A DNA stretch of 64,000 nt from an uncultured Sinobacteraceae bacterium (GTDB lineage Bacteria > Pseudomonadota > Gammaproteobacteria > Nevskiales > Nevskiaceae), in the NCBI GenBank assembly GCA_903822975.1, contig CAIJRD010000001.1, positions 72,742 to 136,741 of the forward strand, given 5' to 3'. Position numbers and translations under genes: made by a program. The notes under the pieces are model-generated. The model was not told the DNA's origin. It searched no databases and was given only the letters and a program-made list of their open reading frames with translations. Shown here in pieces: positions 61,347 through 64,000 of the stretch. Numbering within the stretch: the stretch's first letter is position 1; every line of letters starts with the position of its first letter.

Positions 61347-62786
61347 TCAGTGGCCGCCGCCGTCGAGCGACTTCACCGCCTGGATCATCGACACCATGAC
61401 CTTCTGCGCATCGCCGTAGACCATGTTGGTGTTGTCGGCGAAGAACAGTTCGTTTTCGACACCCGAGTAGCCCTTGCCCTGGCCGCGCTTGACGACGTAG
61501 ACCTGCTTGGCCTGGTCGACGTTGAGAATCGGCATGCCGTAGATCGGCGAGGACTTGTTGGTACGCGCGGCCGGGTTCACCGTGTCGTTGGCGCCGATGA
61601 CGATGGCGACGTCGGCTTCCTTGAACTCGCCGTTGATGTCTTCCATGTCGTAGATGATGTCGTACGGCACGCCGGCTTCGGCGAGCAACACGTTCATGTG
61701 ACCGGGCATGCGGCCCGCCACCGGATGGATTGCAAACTTCACTTCCACGCCGGCGTCCTGCAGCAGCTTCACGAATTCATACAGCTTGTGCTGTGCCTGC
61801 GCCACCGCCAGGCCGTAGCCGGGCGCAATGATCACCTTCGAGGCGTAGCGCATGTTGATGCCGGCGTCGCCCGCATCGACCGGCTTCATCGAACCCTTGA
61901 TCTCGCCCTGCTGTTCGTCGCCGGTGGCGCCGAAGTTCGAGAAGATCACGTTCGAGACCGAGCGGTTCATCGCCTTGGCCATCAACAGCGTCAGCAGCGT
62001 GCCGGCCGAGCCGACCACCATGCCGGCGATCATCAGCGCCGGATTCTGCAGCACGAAGCCTTCGAAGCCGACCGCGAGACCGGTGAAGGCGTTGTACAGC
62101 GAGATCACCACCGGCATGTCGGCGCCGCCGATCGGCATCGTCATCAGCACGCCGAAGATCAGCGCGCCGATGAAGAACAGTGCCGTCAACGCAACCGGCG
62201 CATGGCCATGCGCGATCAGTGCGATGTAGAGGCCGAGTCCGAGTGTCGCGACGAAGAACGTGCCGTTCAACAGCTGTTGGCCCTTGATGCGCCAGGTGCC
62301 GTTGATGCGGCCGTCGAGTTTGGCCCAGGCGATCAGCGAACCGGACAGCGAGATCGCGCCGATCAAGCTGCCGATGATCGTCACGACCAAGGGGATCAGC
62401 GCGAGGTCTTCACCCGCACGGAACAACTCGACCGCGCCGATTGCCGCCGCGGCACCACCGCCCATGCCGTTGTACAGCGCAACCATCTGCGGCATCGCCG
62501 TCATTTCGACGCGCTTGCCACTGATCCAGGCCCAGCTCAGGCCGAGAATCAGCGCCACCGCGGCGAGGGCTGCGTTGACCGTGCGATGCGGCAACGCTGC
62601 TTCGCTGACGCTGAACACGTAGAGGAAGCTGGCCAGAACCGCCACCAGCATGCCGAGGCCGGCGACGCGAATGCCCGACGCCGCCGTGACCGGCGAGCTC
62701 ATGCGCTTCAGGCCATAGATGAACAGGAAGGCCGCGGCGAGGAAGGCCGCGTCGATCACGAGTGATGCCAATTCAGTAGTGCTCAT
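61347..62786 (-). CDS. pntB: NAD(P)+ transhydrogenase subunit beta
   Basis: MPQMVALYNG, IGGADMPVVIS, HPVAGRMPGHMNVLLAEA, GANDTVNP. Confidence 0.97.
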   Translation of the reverse strand: MSTTELASLVIDAAFLAAAFLFIYGLKRMSSPVTAASGIRVAGLGMLVAVLASFLYVFSVSEAALPHRTVNAALAAVALILGLSWAWISGKRVEMTAMPQMVALYNGMGGGAAAAIGAVELFRAGEDLALIPLVVTIIGSLIGAISLSGSLIAWAKLDGRINGTWRIKGQQLLNGTFFVATLGLGLYIALIAHGHAPVALTALFFIGALIFGVLMTMPIGGADMPVVISLYNAFTGLAVGFEGFVLQNPALMIAGMVVGSAGTLLTLLMAKAMNRSVSNVIFSNFGATGDEQQGEIKGSMKPVDAGDAGINMRYASKVIIAPGYGLAVAQAQHKLYEFVKLLQDAGVEVKFAIHPVAGRMPGHMNVLLAEAGVPYDIIYDMEDINGEFKEADVAIVIGANDTVNPAARTNKSSPIYGMPILNVDQAKQVYVVKRGQGKGYSGVENELFFADNTNMVYGDAQKVMVSMIQAVKSLDGGGH

Positions 62787-62795
62787 GACGATTCC

Positions 62796-63089
62796 TTAGG
62801 CCTTCTTCTTGTCGGAAGACTTGAACATCTGCAGCATGCGTTCGGTCACCACATAGCCGCCAGCGGCATTGCCGGCGCCGAGCAACACGCCGAAGAAGCC
62901 GATGACCTGCTCGGTGATCGAGGTTGCGTTCAGCAACGCGAACAGCGCGCCGACGACGACGATGCCGTGCACGAAGTTCGAACCCGACATCAGCGGCGTG
63001 TGCAGGATCGACGGCACGCGGCCGATGATCTCGTAGCCGGTGAAGGCGGCGAGCATGAAGATGTACAGCGCGATAAATCCGGTCAGCAT
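62796..63089 (-). CDS. pntAB: NAD(P)+ transhydrogenase alpha subunit part 2
   Basis: VPSILHTPLMSGSNFVHG, GGYVVTERMLQMF. Confidence 0.95.
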   Translation of the reverse strand: MLTGFIALYIFMLAAFTGYEIIGRVPSILHTPLMSGSNFVHGIVVVGALFALLNATSITEQVIGFFGVLLGAGNAAGGYVVTERMLQMFKSSDKKKA

Positions 63090-63103
63090 GGCGTGCGTTC
63101 CTT

Positions 63104-64000
63104 TTAGGCTTCGACCGCTTTCTTCGCGGCCTCATTCTTGATCTCGCCGCCGAACGTCAGGCAGCTCTTGGCGATGACTTCGTCGGTCCAGTCCAGCGCG
63201 ATGGCCTTGTCCTTGAGGAACAGTTCGATCAGGTTGTACTGGTTTTTCGCATACAGCTCGCTGGCGTGCTCGCCGAGCAAGCTCGGCACGTTGAGCGGGC
63301 CGACGATGGTGGTCTGGCCGACCTGGATGGTCTCGCCGGGCTGCGTGTATTCGCAGTTGCCGCCGCCTTCCGCCGCCAGATCGATGATCACGCTGCCGGC
63401 CTTCATGCCGTCGACCTGCGCTTTCGAAATCAGCTTCGGCGAAGGGCGGCCCGGAATTGCGGCGGTGGTGATGATCACGTCGGCCGACTGGATGTGCTTG
63501 GTGACGACCGCGGCGATCTTGTCCTTCTCTTCCTGCGTCAACTCACGCGCGTAGCCGCCCTGGCCGCGTGCATCGACACCGGTTTCGACGAACTTGGCGC
63601 CGAGCGACTCGGCCTGTTCCTTGGTCTCCGGACGCACGTCGTAACCTTCGGTCTTCGAGCCGAGACGGCGTGCTGTGGCGAGTGCCTGCAGACCGGCCAC
63701 GCCAAGCCCCATCACCAGTGTGGTCGCCGGACGGATCGAACCGACCGCGGTGGTCATCATCGGCAGGATGCGCGCGAGTGTGGTCGCACCCATCAGCGCG
63801 GCGTAGTAACCGGCCAAGGCAGCCTGCGACGACAAGGCGTCCATCGCCTGTGCGCGGGTGATGCGCGGCACCAGTTCCATCGCGAAGCAAGTGATCTTCT
63901 TGTCGCGCAGCAGCTTGGTCAGTGCGGCTTCCTTGTGCGCGTAAATAAACGAAATCAGGATGGCGCCTTCCTTCATCGCGCCGACGATATCGGCCGAAGG
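63104..64000 (-). CDS. pntAA: NAD(P)+ transhydrogenase alpha subunit part 1 (5' end outside the window)
   Basis: MELVPRITRAQAMDALSSQ, GLGVAGLQA, DVIITTAAIPG, DLAAEGGGNCE. Confidence 0.95.
   Translation of the reverse strand, partial: PSADIVGAMKEGAILISFIYAHKEAALTKLLRDKKITCFAMELVPRITRAQAMDALSSQAALAGYYAALMGATTLARILPMMTTAVGSIRPATTLVMGLGVAGLQALATARRLGSKTEGYDVRPETKEQAESLGAKFVETGVDARGQGGYARELTQEEKDKIAAVVTKHIQSADVIITTAAIPGRPSPKLISKAQVDGMKAGSVIIDLAAEGGGNCEYTQPGETIQVGQTTIVGPLNVPSLLGEHASELYAKNQYNLIELFLKDKAIALDWTDEVIAKSCLTFGGEIKNEAAKKAVEA

Overview
GC-rich Gammaproteobacterial chromosomal segment; a Nevskiales/Xanthomonadales-like lineage is inferred from gene style and order, not tested. It spans the replication-origin region: gyrB-dnaN-[oriC]-dnaA on the minus strand and rpmH-rnpA-yidD-yidC-mnmE on the plus strand, with a perfect parS between dnaN and gyrB where recF usually lies. 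The rest is mostly housekeeping: POT transporter (partial), dtd, lpxL, a Gld-like ABC operon plus mutM, purEK, an Mn-riboswitch/UPF0016 pair, aceEF, two tandem M13 peptidases, uvrD, ftsN-like/argS/priA, cysH, a yqjDEK-like trio, class I fumarase, a queuosine-precursor transporter, a patatin-like protein and a three-gene pnt transhydrogenase (partial). I found no rRNA, tRNA, CRISPR array, integrase, transposase or recognisable defence island. The most unusual signals are subtle: (1) rnpA has no canonical start codon upstream of its conserved N-terminus, with GTA where a GTG would overlap the rpmH stop; (2) a second DnaA-box/IHF/AT-rich cluster about 34 kb from oriC just upstream of priA, arranged like a datA/DARS element; (3) an alkyltransferase-like gene carrying an in-frame insertion of about 76 codons built from palindromic direct repeats; (4) a NUDIX-CX5R phosphatase fusion; (5) a small secreted protein resembling a stand-alone TonB box/plug start; (6) a 28-bp perfect palindrome plus IHF site over the gyrB stop. 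All family assignments are from motif recognition by eye; no searches were run.
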